From Polyangiales bacterium (GTDB lineage Bacteria; Myxococcota_A; Polyangia; Polyangiales; Ga0077539): a stretch of 64,000 nt of DNA. Every line of letters starts with the position of its first letter. Position 1 is the first letter of the stretch. A program made the position numbers and the translations under genes. Below are positions 28,224-37,002 of the stretch, one piece after another. The notes under the pieces are model-generated. The model worked only from the letters and a program-made list of their open reading frames with translations. It ran no database searches and was not told the DNA's origin. The DNA lies in the NCBI GenBank assembly GCA_044229975.1, contig JBGARZ010000007.1, positions 256,001-320,000 on the forward strand. Reading direction: 5' to 3'.

Positions 28224-28649
28224 GGACTTGAGGCTACGACGATGCCGTGCCGTCAGTGCAACCAGATGCGGGCCGCGGCAGCCGCGGTGGCGCCGCCGGA
28301 TGTCTCTTGACCGCAACGCTCCACCACGACGTCACTGGCATCGTGGACCATCTCGCCGTCGCGGACGTCCCGGTCTCTGCTCCCGGTCAACCAGCCCTCC
28401 GTCGTAGACATCCGGGTCGTTGCTCTTGGACGACCACGCCTTCGGCCAGGACAACCCTCCCAGCGCCCAGGTCGACCCTCCCGATGTCAGGGTCGCGACC
28501 CCATGCCGAGCCTGAATTCCCGCCGTTTCCGCAAATCGTCATCCGCCGCGAAACATCGCGCAACCCGTCCCCCGACATGGCCCTCGCGTGACGATGGTGC
28601 ACCCCGCATGTCGCCGGGACCGCAGCCGCCGCTCCGCAAGCGCAACACC

Positions 28650-29231
28650 ATGTCCAACAAGTCCATCAAGTCCGTCTCCTTCTCCGCTTCGTCGTCCGTC
28701 GCCATCACGGCGGCCCCTCTCGCCTCGGTGGATGACACCGCGGCGTACCTCCGCGACGCGCCGCTGATCATGGCGGTGCTCAACGTCGCGCTCCCCACGG
28801 GCGTGCCCGCCCGCGGTGCCCTCTTCGCCCAGCAGGAGCTGCGCAAGCTCGACGCCGATCTCGGCCCGGACACCAACCTCGCGCTCAAGCAGCTCGTCAC
28901 CCTCGGTCCCGCCGCTCTGGAGGCTGACCTCGGCCCTACGGTGAAGAAGCTCCGCGGCGTCGAGGCGCTCATCCAACGTCGGGTCGACAGCGCCCTCATC
29001 GTCACGCGTCTCCGCGCGCTGCTCCACTACGCCGAGACCATCCAGCGCCTCGCCGACCACGACGCCGTGCTGATGATGGACGCGGTCGGCGAGGCCGTCG
29101 CCTTCCTCGGGCAGTACGACGACTCGCTGCACGATCGCTACCGCGCCACGCTCGACGTCCTCGCCGCCCGCAACGGCAAGATCGCCGAGGGCCGCGCCCG
29201 CTCGCGCACGCCCGACCCCGCCACCCGCTGA
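28650..29231 (+). CDS. Hypothetical all-helical protein
   Basis: ATG 28650; strong GC3 bias; followed by a hairpin. Confidence 0.75.
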   Translation: MSNKSIKSVSFSASSSVAITAAPLASVDDTAAYLRDAPLIMAVLNVALPTGVPARGALFAQQELRKLDADLGPDTNLALKQLVTLGPAALEADLGPTVKKLRGVEALIQRRVDSALIVTRLRALLHYAETIQRLADHDAVLMMDAVGEAVAFLGQYDDSLHDRYRATLDVLAARNGKIAEGRARSRTPDPATR

Positions 29232-29246
29232 CACTCCCCGCCCGCC

Positions 29247-29284
29247 GGCTCCCCGGTCGTCGTCCACGGCGGCGCTGGGGAGCC
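29247..29284 (+). terminator. GC-rich hairpin downstream of 28650..29231 (possible terminator)
   Basis: GGCTCCCCGG...CTGGGGAGCC stem followed by AACCTTT; U-tract is weak. Confidence 0.35.
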
Positions 29285-29318
29285 AACCTTTCCCGAATCG
29301 CGCGCCCCATCTCCGCCT

Positions 29319-30086
29319 ATGATCGGCATCCACCCGATGCACCAATACCGCGTCACCTACGCGCGCCGCGACGACCTCCAGCGCGACCTCGACACCCAGC
29401 TCGCCCGCGGCGGGCTCTACGTCCTCGCCGCCCCTCCGACCGAGCTCGCGTACGGCGCCCGCTGCGCCCTGGAGATCGTCGCGCCCGACGGCCGCGCCGT
29501 CTCCGTCGAGGGCGACGTGCTCGCGGTCACGCCCGGCCACGGCCTCGCGCTCTCCGTCGACGCGCCGTCCGTCGACGCGGTGAGGGCGCTCGTCGCCTCG
29601 CTCGGGCCCGACGCCGCGGGCGCCGGCGACACCCGCCACGAGCGCGTCGACGGCAGCACCTCCCGCGAGCCCGCCGCGGTGTCTGCGGTGGATGGCGTTC
29701 AGTCGTGGGACTCGTTGCCCGCGGCCGAAAAGATGCGGCTCGCCCAGCACGGCGGACGCGACGAGCGCGCGGCGGCCCTGCGCGATCGCAACCGCGCGCT
29801 GCACCCGCACGTCCTCAAGAACCCGCGCATGTCCATCGAAGAGGTGGTCGCCATCGCCAAGAACCCGCAGGCCGCGCCCGACATGCTCAAGCTCATCGCC
29901 GATCGCTCCGAGTGGTCGGGGCGCCCCGCCATCGCCGAGGCTCTCGCGCGCAATCCGAAGACGCCCAACGAGGTCGGCGTGAAGATGCTCGCGAGCTGCT
30001 CAGGTGAGTCGGTGCGTCAGATGGCCAAGGGCGTGGGAGCGCCGCCGCACATCTCGCAGGCAGCCCGCAAGCGCGTGCTCGGCTGA
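29319..30086 (+). CDS. Protein with PilZ-like N-terminus and C-terminal helical (LRV-like) repeats
   Basis: QLARGGLYV...GHGLAL beta domain; repeats VLKNPR, IAKNP, LARNPKTP. Alternative start ATG 29337. Confidence 0.7.
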   Translation: MIGIHPMHQYRVTYARRDDLQRDLDTQLARGGLYVLAAPPTELAYGARCALEIVAPDGRAVSVEGDVLAVTPGHGLALSVDAPSVDAVRALVASLGPDAAGAGDTRHERVDGSTSREPAAVSAVDGVQSWDSLPAAEKMRLAQHGGRDERAAALRDRNRALHPHVLKNPRMSIEEVVAIAKNPQAAPDMLKLIADRSEWSGRPAIAEALARNPKTPNEVGVKMLASCSGESVRQMAKGVGAPPHISQAARKRVLG

Positions 30087-30094
30087 CGTCGACG

Positions 30095-31003
30095 CTACCC
30101 GCCGATCGCCGCCATCTCTTCGGCCGAGAGCGTGATGCGACGAGCGTCCCAGTTCTCTTCGAGGTGATCGGGCGAGCTCGTCCCCGGAATCGGCAGCATC
30201 ACCGGAGAGCGCGCCAGCAACCACGCCAGCGCGATCTGCGACGGTGAGGCGCCGTGTCGCCTGGCAATCTTCGCGAGGGCCGGCTTCTCCTCGGCGACAC
30301 TCCCCGCCGCCAATGGGAAGAACGGCAGGTACGCGATGCCGCGCTTCGCACACAGATCGAGCACCGCCGCGGGCGCCTCGACCTCGGCGTGGGAGTACCG
30401 CGCGAGCATTCCGCCGACGCCCGGAACCGTAAGCATGTTCTGCACGGCGACGATGGGCGTTCGCGCCAGCGCCGCTTCGACCTGCTTCGCGTCGACGCAG
30501 CTCAGCGCGAGGTGGCGGATCTTCCCCTCGGCCTGCATCGCCAGCAGCGCATCGAGCGACTCCATCAACGGGACCCCCGACGAAGGCATGTAGCGGAGAT
30601 GCACCACGTCGAGGCGTTCGACGTGCAGCGTGCGGAGGTCGTCCTCGGCGCCGAGGCGCAGCTCCTCGGGGCGTGCAGCGGCCGCCCATCCCTTGTTGGG
30701 AAGCCGCTTGCCACCGAGCTTGGTGGCAATGACCAGGTCGCGCGGATAGGGGTGCAGCGCCTCGAAGATCAGCCGGTTGGCGACGTAGGGACCGTAGTAC
30801 CAGGCCGTGTCGATGAAGTTGATGCCGAGGTCGACCGCGCGGCGGAGCAGCTTGCGCGCGCGATCGGGGTCGTCGGGCTCACCCCAGACGTCCTTGCCGG
30901 GCAGGCGCATGGCGCCGTAACCAAGACGCTGAACCTCGATGTCGCCGAGGCGGATGGTGGCGGGAGCGTGGGCGAAGCCGTCAGTGCGGATGGGGTCGTT
31001 CAT
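30095..31003 (-). CDS. Aldo/keto reductase
   Basis: RLGYGAM, GINFIDTAWYYG, IATK, QIALAWLL, PIPGTSS..HLEEN. Confidence 0.92.
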   Translation of the reverse strand: MNDPIRTDGFAHAPATIRLGDIEVQRLGYGAMRLPGKDVWGEPDDPDRARKLLRRAVDLGINFIDTAWYYGPYVANRLIFEALHPYPRDLVIATKLGGKRLPNKGWAAAARPEELRLGAEDDLRTLHVERLDVVHLRYMPSSGVPLMESLDALLAMQAEGKIRHLALSCVDAKQVEAALARTPIVAVQNMLTVPGVGGMLARYSHAEVEAPAAVLDLCAKRGIAYLPFFPLAAGSVAEEKPALAKIARRHGASPSQIALAWLLARSPVMLPIPGTSSPDHLEENWDARRITLSAEEMAAIGG

Positions 31004-31057
31004 GGCGGCGATTGTGCGGTCGTCGAGCGGGCGCCGCTTGGGCGATGTTGGCGCTTT

Positions 31058-31552
31058 TCAGCGCGGGCCGCGTGTCCCTGCGGTGAAGCGCTCGGCCAGC
31101 CACCACGCGAGGCGCGCGGGCGCCGCGCACGCCCCCTCCGTGCGTCGGGCGAGGTCTCTGGGGTTGGCCGGGAGGTGGCCCGCGTAGTGGTCGGCGGGGA
31201 AGTCCATCGAGTAGGTCGGGTCGCCTGGGAAGATGCCCTCGGGCGCGCATCGCGGAACGGCGTAGACCTCCTGCACGCGCGTCACCAGCGCGACGCGGTC
31301 GGCGTCGGAGAGCACCACCCGCTGCGTCGCGAAGCACGTCCCCGCGAGGCGCGAGACGCAGCCGATCATCGTCCACGGCAGCGAGCCCAGGTCGAGGTTG
31401 ACGTTGGCGTAACTCGTGGACGCGGTGCCCGGCAGGCCCACCTGGGCGTGGATGCGCGCGGGCAGCGGGCGCGGCGCCGACGGTGTCTGCGCGTGGGCGG
31501 TAGAGATGAGCGACCCGAGCGCGACGACGGACAGGAGGGCGGCGTATCGCAT
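31058..31552 (-). CDS. Secreted Cys-containing hypothetical protein
   Basis: Signal peptide ending AHA-Q; four Cys. Confidence 0.65.
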   Translation of the reverse strand: MRYAALLSVVALGSLISTAHAQTPSAPRPLPARIHAQVGLPGTASTSYANVNLDLGSLPWTMIGCVSRLAGTCFATQRVVLSDADRVALVTRVQEVYAVPRCAPEGIFPGDPTYSMDFPADHYAGHLPANPRDLARRTEGACAAPARLAWWLAERFTAGTRGPR

Positions 31553-31594
31553 CGCCCCATCGTGGACTCGCCCGGTGGCGACGGCAAAGAGCCC

Positions 31595-33094
31595 TCAGCG
31601 CGGTCGACGGACGCCCAGCTTCTCCATGCGCGAGCGCAGCGTGCTCGGTTGCAGGCCCAGCCGCGCGGCCGCGCCCGACACCCCCTCCACCGTCCAGCCC
31701 GACTCCTCCAACACACGAACGATGTGCGACCGCTCGACCTCGCGCAGCGACGCGTCGTTCACCACCGGGTGCGCCGTCACCGGTGTCGGCGGCGCGGGAC
31801 GCGAGGTCAGCGGGGGAAGGTCGTCGCGCTCGATGCGCTCGCCGCGAGCGAGGATGGCGGCGCGCTCGATGACGTTCTGGAGCTCGCGAACGTTGCCCGG
31901 CCACTGGTACGCCTCGAGCATCGCGAGCGCCTCGGGCGACACGCCGCGCAGGGTCTTGTGCAGCCGCACGCTCGCCGACTCCACGAAGGCCGCGACGAGC
32001 AGCGCGACGTCGCCGGGGCGCGACCGCAGCGGCGGCGCCTCGATGGGAAACACCCCGAGGCGGTAGTAGAGGTCCGCGCGAAAACGCCCCGCGGCGACCT
32101 CCGTCGGAAGCGTCCGGTTGGTGGCCGCGATCACCCGCACGTCGACCTTCACCGCCTGCGCGCCGCCCACGCGCTCGAACTCCCGCTCCTGCAACACCCG
32201 CAAGAGCGCGGCCTGCGCGTCGGGCGGCAGCTCGCCCACCTCGTCGAGGAAGAGCGTTCCGCGGTCGGCCAGCTCGAAGCGGCCCGCCCGTCGCGCCGAG
32301 GCGCCCGTAAACGCGCCCTTCTCGTGCCCGAAGAGCTCGCTCTCCAGCAACGACGGAGCGATGGCCGCGCAGTTGATCCGCACCAGCGCGTGACCCCTCC
32401 GAGGGCTCGACTCGTGGACGATGCGGGCGAGGAGCTCCTTGCCGGTTCCGGTCTCGCCGGTGAGCAGAACCGTCGCGTCGGTGGGCGCCACCCGCCGCGC
32501 GGCCTCCACCGTCGCGCGCCACGCGGGGCTCTCGCCGACGACGGGCGTGCGCGGGTCGTGGGCCTCTTCGCGGAGGTAGAGGTTCTCGTCGCGCAGACGC
32601 GCGGCCATGGCATCGAGCTCGGTGAAGAGCCGGGCGTTCTTGATGGCCACCGCCGACTGATGGGCGAAGGCACCCACGCGCTCGAACTCCGCCGCCGACA
32701 GACCGCGCCGCGTGAAGATCGCGAGCACCCCGAGCAGCTCGCCACGAAACAGCAACGGGTAGCCCGCGAAGGCCCGCAGCCCGTGGGCGCGCACCCACGC
32801 CGGGTCGGCAACGCGCGGGTCGTTCTCCAGTCCGTCGAGCAGGGTGGGCTCGCGGCGCGAGGCGATGGCGCCGATCTTCAGCGACCCGAAGGCCACCTCG
32901 CGGTAGCGACCGTCGAGCCGCCGTGAGAGCCCCGAGCTCGCCCGCAGTTGGAGTCGGTCGGACTCGACCAGCCAGATGCGCGCGAGGGCCGCGTCGAACT
33001 CCGCCACCAGCCCGTCGGTGATTGCGCCGAGCAGCGCGCCCAGGTCGAGCACGCTGGTCATCTCAAGCGCGATGCGGGCGAGCGGGTCGGTCAT
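31595..33094 (-). CDS. GAF-domain sigma-54 enhancer-binding protein (FhlA/NorR-like architecture)
   Basis: GAF domain; [73 protein letters not shown] 33094. Confidence 0.93.
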   Translation of the reverse strand: MTDPLARIALEMTSVLDLGALLGAITDGLVAEFDAALARIWLVESDRLQLRASSGLSRRLDGRYREVAFGSLKIGAIASRREPTLLDGLENDPRVADPAWVRAHGLRAFAGYPLLFRGELLGVLAIFTRRGLSAAEFERVGAFAHQSAVAIKNARLFTELDAMAARLRDENLYLREEAHDPRTPVVGESPAWRATVEAARRVAPTDATVLLTGETGTGKELLARIVHESSPRRGHALVRINCAAIAPSLLESELFGHEKGAFTGASARRAGRFELADRGTLFLDEVGELPPDAQAALLRVLQEREFERVGGAQAVKVDVRVIAATNRTLPTEVAAGRFRADLYYRLGVFPIEAPPLRSRPGDVALLVAAFVESASVRLHKTLRGVSPEALAMLEAYQWPGNVRELQNVIERAAILARGERIERDDLPPLTSRPAPPTPVTAHPVVNDASLREVERSHIVRVLEESGWTVEGVSGAAARLGLQPSTLRSRMEKLGVRRPR

Positions 33095-33103
33095 CGGGTT
33101 TGG

Positions 33104-33161
33104 CCGCGGGGTCTCGTGGGAGCGCCACGACGACTCGCGGCGAGGCCACGATATACCGTGG
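33104..33161. promoter_or_regulatory. Three tandem palindromic operator/enhancer sites, consensus CCACGA-N4-TCGTGG, 21-bp period
   Basis: CCGCGG-GGTC-TCGTGG (33104), CCACGA-CGAC-TCGCGG (33125), CCACGA-TATA-CCGTGG (33146), in the divergent intergenic region of the bEBP gene. Confidence 0.75.
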
Positions 33162-33191
33162 GCTGCGACCGAAGAGGCTTGAATTGCCGTA

Positions 33192-33207
33192 TGGTCTGGT
33201 GATTGAA
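33192..33207 (+). promoter_or_regulatory. Candidate sigma-54 -24/-12 promoter
   Basis: TGGTCTGGTGATTGAA = GG-N10-GA with TT before the -12 element; deviates from canonical GC at -12. Confidence 0.45.
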
Positions 33208-33220
33208 GAAGGGTGCAGCC

Positions 33221-33595
33221 ATGGACACTGTAACGGACATCGTGGCCGCGGTGGAGAGCGCCGATGCGTCGCGCCGGAGGGCGTTGGAGGCGCGGCTGGA
33301 GGCGCTGGCGGAGACGCGTCGCGGGCTGACGCGGGTCGTCGCGCGGGCGCCGTGGTTGTTGATGAGCGCGCTGGGGTCGATTCCCGCGGGGGTCATCTGG
33401 GGAGCGGGCGCGGCGCTCGCGGTGCTGCTCACGTCGATCGCGGTGTCGGGCATGGCGATGTACCTCGCGTGGAGCCACGAGCAGGAGTACGCGGCGCAGC
33501 AGGACACGGTGCGCCAGGCCATCGCGGAGATCGGCAACCCGACCGTGCGCAAGAGCACGCCGTGGCGGGTGCAGGGCAAGGCGACGCAGTGGTGA
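33221..33595 (+). CDS. Small two-TM membrane protein
   Basis: ATG 33221; coiled-coil, two TM, coiled-coil layout; divergent from the bEBP. Confidence 0.75.
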   Translation: MDTVTDIVAAVESADASRRRALEARLEALAETRRGLTRVVARAPWLLMSALGSIPAGVIWGAGAALAVLLTSIAVSGMAMYLAWSHEQEYAAQQDTVRQAIAEIGNPTVRKSTPWRVQGKATQW

Positions 33596-33608
33596 GAGGC
33601 TACCGGGC

Positions 33609-33874
33609 GGGCCTCACCCCGCTGCGGGACCGGAGTTCGCGTGACCTCGTTGCGAGTGCGTGCAGTCGCTCACTCCGGGCTATTTCACGTGGTCACCTCG
33701 CGGCGCGAGGTTGCAGGATCTCCTGGCTGGCGATGAGCGAGTCGCTGGGTTGCTTGTTGAAACCAGTGCTGCAACCTCGCGCCGCGAGGTGACCACGTGA
33801 AATAGCCCGGAGTGAGCGACTGCACGCGCTCGCAACGAGGTCACGCGAACTCCGGTCCCAGCGGGGTGAGGCCC
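33609..33874. repeat. Long palindromic REPIN/MITE-like element, copy 1
   Basis: Arms 33609-33716 and 33769-33874 are near-perfect reverse complements around a 52-nt loop; homologous to 42263-42492. Confidence 0.92.
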
Positions 33875-34806
33875 TACCGCGCGACGAGCAGCGAGTGCGC
33901 GAAGGGCCACGCGGCGTCGACCCACTGCGCGGCGCAGGTGTAGCCCGACTCGTCGGCCCAGGCGCGCAGCTCGTCGGCGCGGAAGCGGTGGCTCGACTCG
34001 GTCCAGATGCTCTCGGCCTCAGCGAAGGAGATGGCCTCGCCCAGCACGCGCACCTCGCACGCCGTGCGGGCGACGAGGTGCATCTCGATGCGGCGGTCGT
34101 GGGCGTTCCAGCGGGCCTCGTGGGTGAAGTTGGCCAGCGGGAAGTCTGCGTCCCACTCGCGGTTGAGGCGCACCAGAAGGTTGCGGTCGAAGGCCGCCGT
34201 CACCCCGAGCGCGTCGTCGTAGGCGGGGAGCAGCAGCGACGGGTCCTTCTCCAGGTCGGTGGCCAGCAGCAACGCGTCACCGGGCGTGAGCGTGTCGCGG
34301 ACGTCGCGCAGGAAGCCCAGCGCCTCGCGGCGCGCGAAGTTGGACAGGTTGCTGCCGAGGAAGAGCACCAGGCGACGCGCACCGTCGACCCGGGCGGCAC
34401 GACGTAGACCCTCAACGTAGGTGGCCTCGACGGCGCGGACGTCGATGCCGGGGAGGTGTTCGAGCGCGCGCTGGCAGTCGCGCAGGGCGGTGGGGGAGAC
34501 GTCGACGGCGGTGAAGACCGTCGACGGCTGACGGGCGCACACGGCCGGGAGGAAGAGCGCCGCCTTGCGACCGCCGCCCGGACCAAGCTCGATGACATCG
34601 AGCGGACCGTTCAGTGAGCTAACGACATCGGGCGCGTGGGCTTCGATGAGACGGAGGTCGGCGCGGGTGAGCCCGTACTCGGGCAGCTCGGTGATGGCCT
34701 CGAAGAGCGCCGAGCCGAGGGCGTCGTAGAGCAGCGAGGTGGGGAGCGTCTTCGGGGTGGCGCGCAGCCCCTTCAGGATGGCGGCGCCGAGGGCAGGATC
34801 GGTCAC
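33874..34806 (-). CDS. egtD: L-histidine N-alpha-trimethyltransferase (hercynine synthase)
   Basis: GL...PKTLP..LYD..GS.LFE.IT.LPEY, IELGPG, FLGSNLSNF, AYDD..GVTAAF, RIEMHL, IWTESSHRF. GTG 34806 overlaps the egtB stop. Confidence 0.92.
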   Translation of the reverse strand: MTDPALGAAILKGLRATPKTLPTSLLYDALGSALFEAITELPEYGLTRADLRLIEAHAPDVVSSLNGPLDVIELGPGGGRKAALFLPAVCARQPSTVFTAVDVSPTALRDCQRALEHLPGIDVRAVEATYVEGLRRAARVDGARRLVLFLGSNLSNFARREALGFLRDVRDTLTPGDALLLATDLEKDPSLLLPAYDDALGVTAAFDRNLLVRLNREWDADFPLANFTHEARWNAHDRRIEMHLVARTACEVRVLGEAISFAEAESIWTESSHRFRADELRAWADESGYTCAAQWVDAAWPFAHSLLVAR

Positions 34807-36125
34807 GCGGGGCTCCCGTCGTCGACGCAGCGTAGCGTCGCGTACACGTGCGGATAGTGCGGCTGAAACCAGTTGCGAAACGAGCGGCGCAGGAAGGTGG
34901 TCGCGGTGCGCGGCGAAGCGCCCTTGAGCACGAAGTGGCGACCGTCGAAGAAGTCCGCCGAGTACCCGCGATAGAAGGGCAGCGGCGCGAAGCCCTCGAA
35001 GGGAGCGAAGGGCGTGCGGGTCCACTCCCAGCCGTTGCCGAGCATCTCGTCGACGCCGAGCGCGCTCCGGCCCGCGGGGTGCGTGCCGACGGGCGTCGGG
35101 TCGAAGCGCCCGAAGCCGAAGTTGCCGTGCACACCCGCGATGGGTGCTTCGGTGCCCCACGGGAAGGGTCGCTCCGAGCCGTCAGCGTTGGCGTACGCCG
35201 CGCGGTGCCACTGCGCCTCGGTGGGGAGCGACCATCCCTTCCAACGAGCATAGGCGCGAGCCTCGGCGTGGCTCACATACACCGGGCACGCGAGCGGCAA
35301 CGGAACCTCTCCCGCCATCGCCCGCCACCACCATCGACCATCACGACGCACCCAGAACGCCGGGTGTTGGACGCCCTCCCGATCGCGCCACGCGCGGTCG
35401 TCGTCGGACCAGAGCGCGTCGTGGCGATAGCCGCCGTCGTCGAGGAAGGCGAGCCACTCGGCGTTGGTCACCTTGTGCGAGCGAACGCGAAACGCCGGGA
35501 CGTCAATCGTGTGCTCGTCGTACTCGTTGTCCCATCCGCCGTGAGGGTCTTCGGTGCGCGAGCGACCGAGCGTGGCGCGACCGGCGGGGACGTCGATCCA
35601 GTGGGTCGTGGGTTGTGGCGTGTCGTGGAAGGCGGGCGCGGCCACACCCCGGAGAGAGCGCGGTGGGAGGTGGTGCAGGAGGTACGAGAGCGTCTCGGCG
35701 TGCATGAGCCGGTGCTCGACGGCGAGGCGCGCGGCCCAGGCGCCAGAGAGCCAGCCGGTGAGCGGCGCGGTGGCGATGACGGCGTCGACGTCGACGCGAC
35801 AGGCGGCGATCCACGCGCGGATGGCATGCGTGGCGGGCCAGTCGTTGGCGGTGTCGCGGGGGAGGTCGCCGTGGGTGGGGTCGATGCCGAAGGCGAAGAG
35901 GCGCTCGAACTCCTCGTGGCGTGAGGGCGCGTGGAGGCAGTCGCGCGCGAGGAGGTTGAAGTCGAAGGCGTCGAGGTGGCCGAGGTAGAAGACGAGCCGG
36001 TGACGCTCGGCGACGGGGCGTGAGAGCAGGGCCGCGGGGGTGAGCGCCTCGAAGAGCGCGTCGGTCTGGCGGCGGGCGGAGTGGAGGTCGCGGGCGAGCG
36101 CGTCGCGGATCGGGTCGCGGGTCAC
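34803..36125 (-). CDS. egtB: Non-heme iron sulfoxide synthase (DinB_2 + FGE-sulfatase), ergothioneine pathway
   Basis: FYLGH and EHRLMHAE iron ligands, WDNE, LPTEAQW, GNGWEWT, YRGYSADFFD, RRSFRNWF; coupled to egtD. Confidence 0.85.
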   Translation of the reverse strand: MTRDPIRDALARDLHSARRQTDALFEALTPAALLSRPVAERHRLVFYLGHLDAFDFNLLARDCLHAPSRHEEFERLFAFGIDPTHGDLPRDTANDWPATHAIRAWIAACRVDVDAVIATAPLTGWLSGAWAARLAVEHRLMHAETLSYLLHHLPPRSLRGVAAPAFHDTPQPTTHWIDVPAGRATLGRSRTEDPHGGWDNEYDEHTIDVPAFRVRSHKVTNAEWLAFLDDGGYRHDALWSDDDRAWRDREGVQHPAFWVRRDGRWWWRAMAGEVPLPLACPVYVSHAEARAYARWKGWSLPTEAQWHRAAYANADGSERPFPWGTEAPIAGVHGNFGFGRFDPTPVGTHPAGRSALGVDEMLGNGWEWTRTPFAPFEGFAPLPFYRGYSADFFDGRHFVLKGASPRTATTFLRRSFRNWFQPHYPHVYATLRCVDDGSPA

Positions 36126-36269
36126 AGGGCCATCCTTACGCCATCGGTGGGAGAGCGGTAACGGACTCCCACTGTTGCCCGGAGGGTTGAGCCGCCAGTG
36201 CCGATGGGAGAAGGGAGCGATGGACGGGCGGCGCGCGATGTTCTAGCGATGCGCGCACAGGAGCCAACG

Positions 36270-36998
36270 ATGGAATACGAGCTGTTCTACTGGCCGGGAA
36301 TCCAGGGGCGTGGGGAGTTCATCCGGCTGGCGTTCGAGGACGCGGGCGCGCCCTATGTGGACGTCGCGCGCGGCGCAGAGGGTGTGCAGGGCATCGTGCG
36401 GATGCTCAAGGGCGAAGGCTTCGACGGGCCGACGCCGTTTGCGCCGCCCATCCTGCGCCATGGTCCGCTGGTCATCGCGCAGGTGGCCAACATCCTCCAC
36501 TACGTCTCGTCGAAGGTGGGGCTCGCGCCCACGCACGAGTCGGAGCGCCACCTCGCGTTGCAGCTCCAGCTCACCGTCGCCGACCTCGTGGCGGAGGTTC
36601 ACGACACGCACCACCCGGTGAGCACGGCGCTCTACTACGAAGACCAGAAGGACGAGGCGCGGCGGCGCACGGCGAGCTTCGTGCTGGAGCGCCTGCCGAA
36701 GTATCTCGGGTACTTCGAGAAGGTGCTGACCCGCAACGGCGGAGACCATCTCGTGGGCGCCGACGTGAGCTACGTCGACCTGTCGATCTTCCAGGTGGTG
36801 GAGGGGCTGCGCTACGCGTTTCCGCGGGCGATGGTGGCGGTCGAGCCGAAGGCGCCGAAGGTCATCGCGCTGCACGACCGGGTGGCCGCGCGACCGGGCG
36901 TGGCGGCGTACGTGAAGTCACCGCGGCGCCTGGCCTTCAACGAGAACGGGATCTTCCGCCGCTACAAGGAGCTCGACCTCGCGCCCGGCGAGGAGTGA
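36270..36998 (+). CDS. Glutathione S-transferase family protein
   Basis: AGGAG RBS; YWPGIQGRGEFIRL, FAPPIL, AQVANIL, SYVDLSIFQ, GIFRRY. Confidence 0.9.
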   Translation: MEYELFYWPGIQGRGEFIRLAFEDAGAPYVDVARGAEGVQGIVRMLKGEGFDGPTPFAPPILRHGPLVIAQVANILHYVSSKVGLAPTHESERHLALQLQLTVADLVAEVHDTHHPVSTALYYEDQKDEARRRTASFVLERLPKYLGYFEKVLTRNGGDHLVGADVSYVDLSIFQVVEGLRYAFPRAMVAVEPKAPKVIALHDRVAARPGVAAYVKSPRRLAFNENGIFRRYKELDLAPGEE

Positions 36999-37002
36999 GA
37001 CG

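Noticed and set aside
28224..28649. ~425-bp divergent intergenic region as ncRNA or riboswitch
   Set aside because: No recognisable riboswitch motif or strong stem by eye; would need an Infernal/Rfam scan.
34803..36125. Selenoneine synthase SenA or ovothiol synthase OvoA
   Set aside because: No senB glycosyltransferase or selD nearby, no C-terminal methyltransferase domain as in OvoA, and the gene is coupled to egtD.
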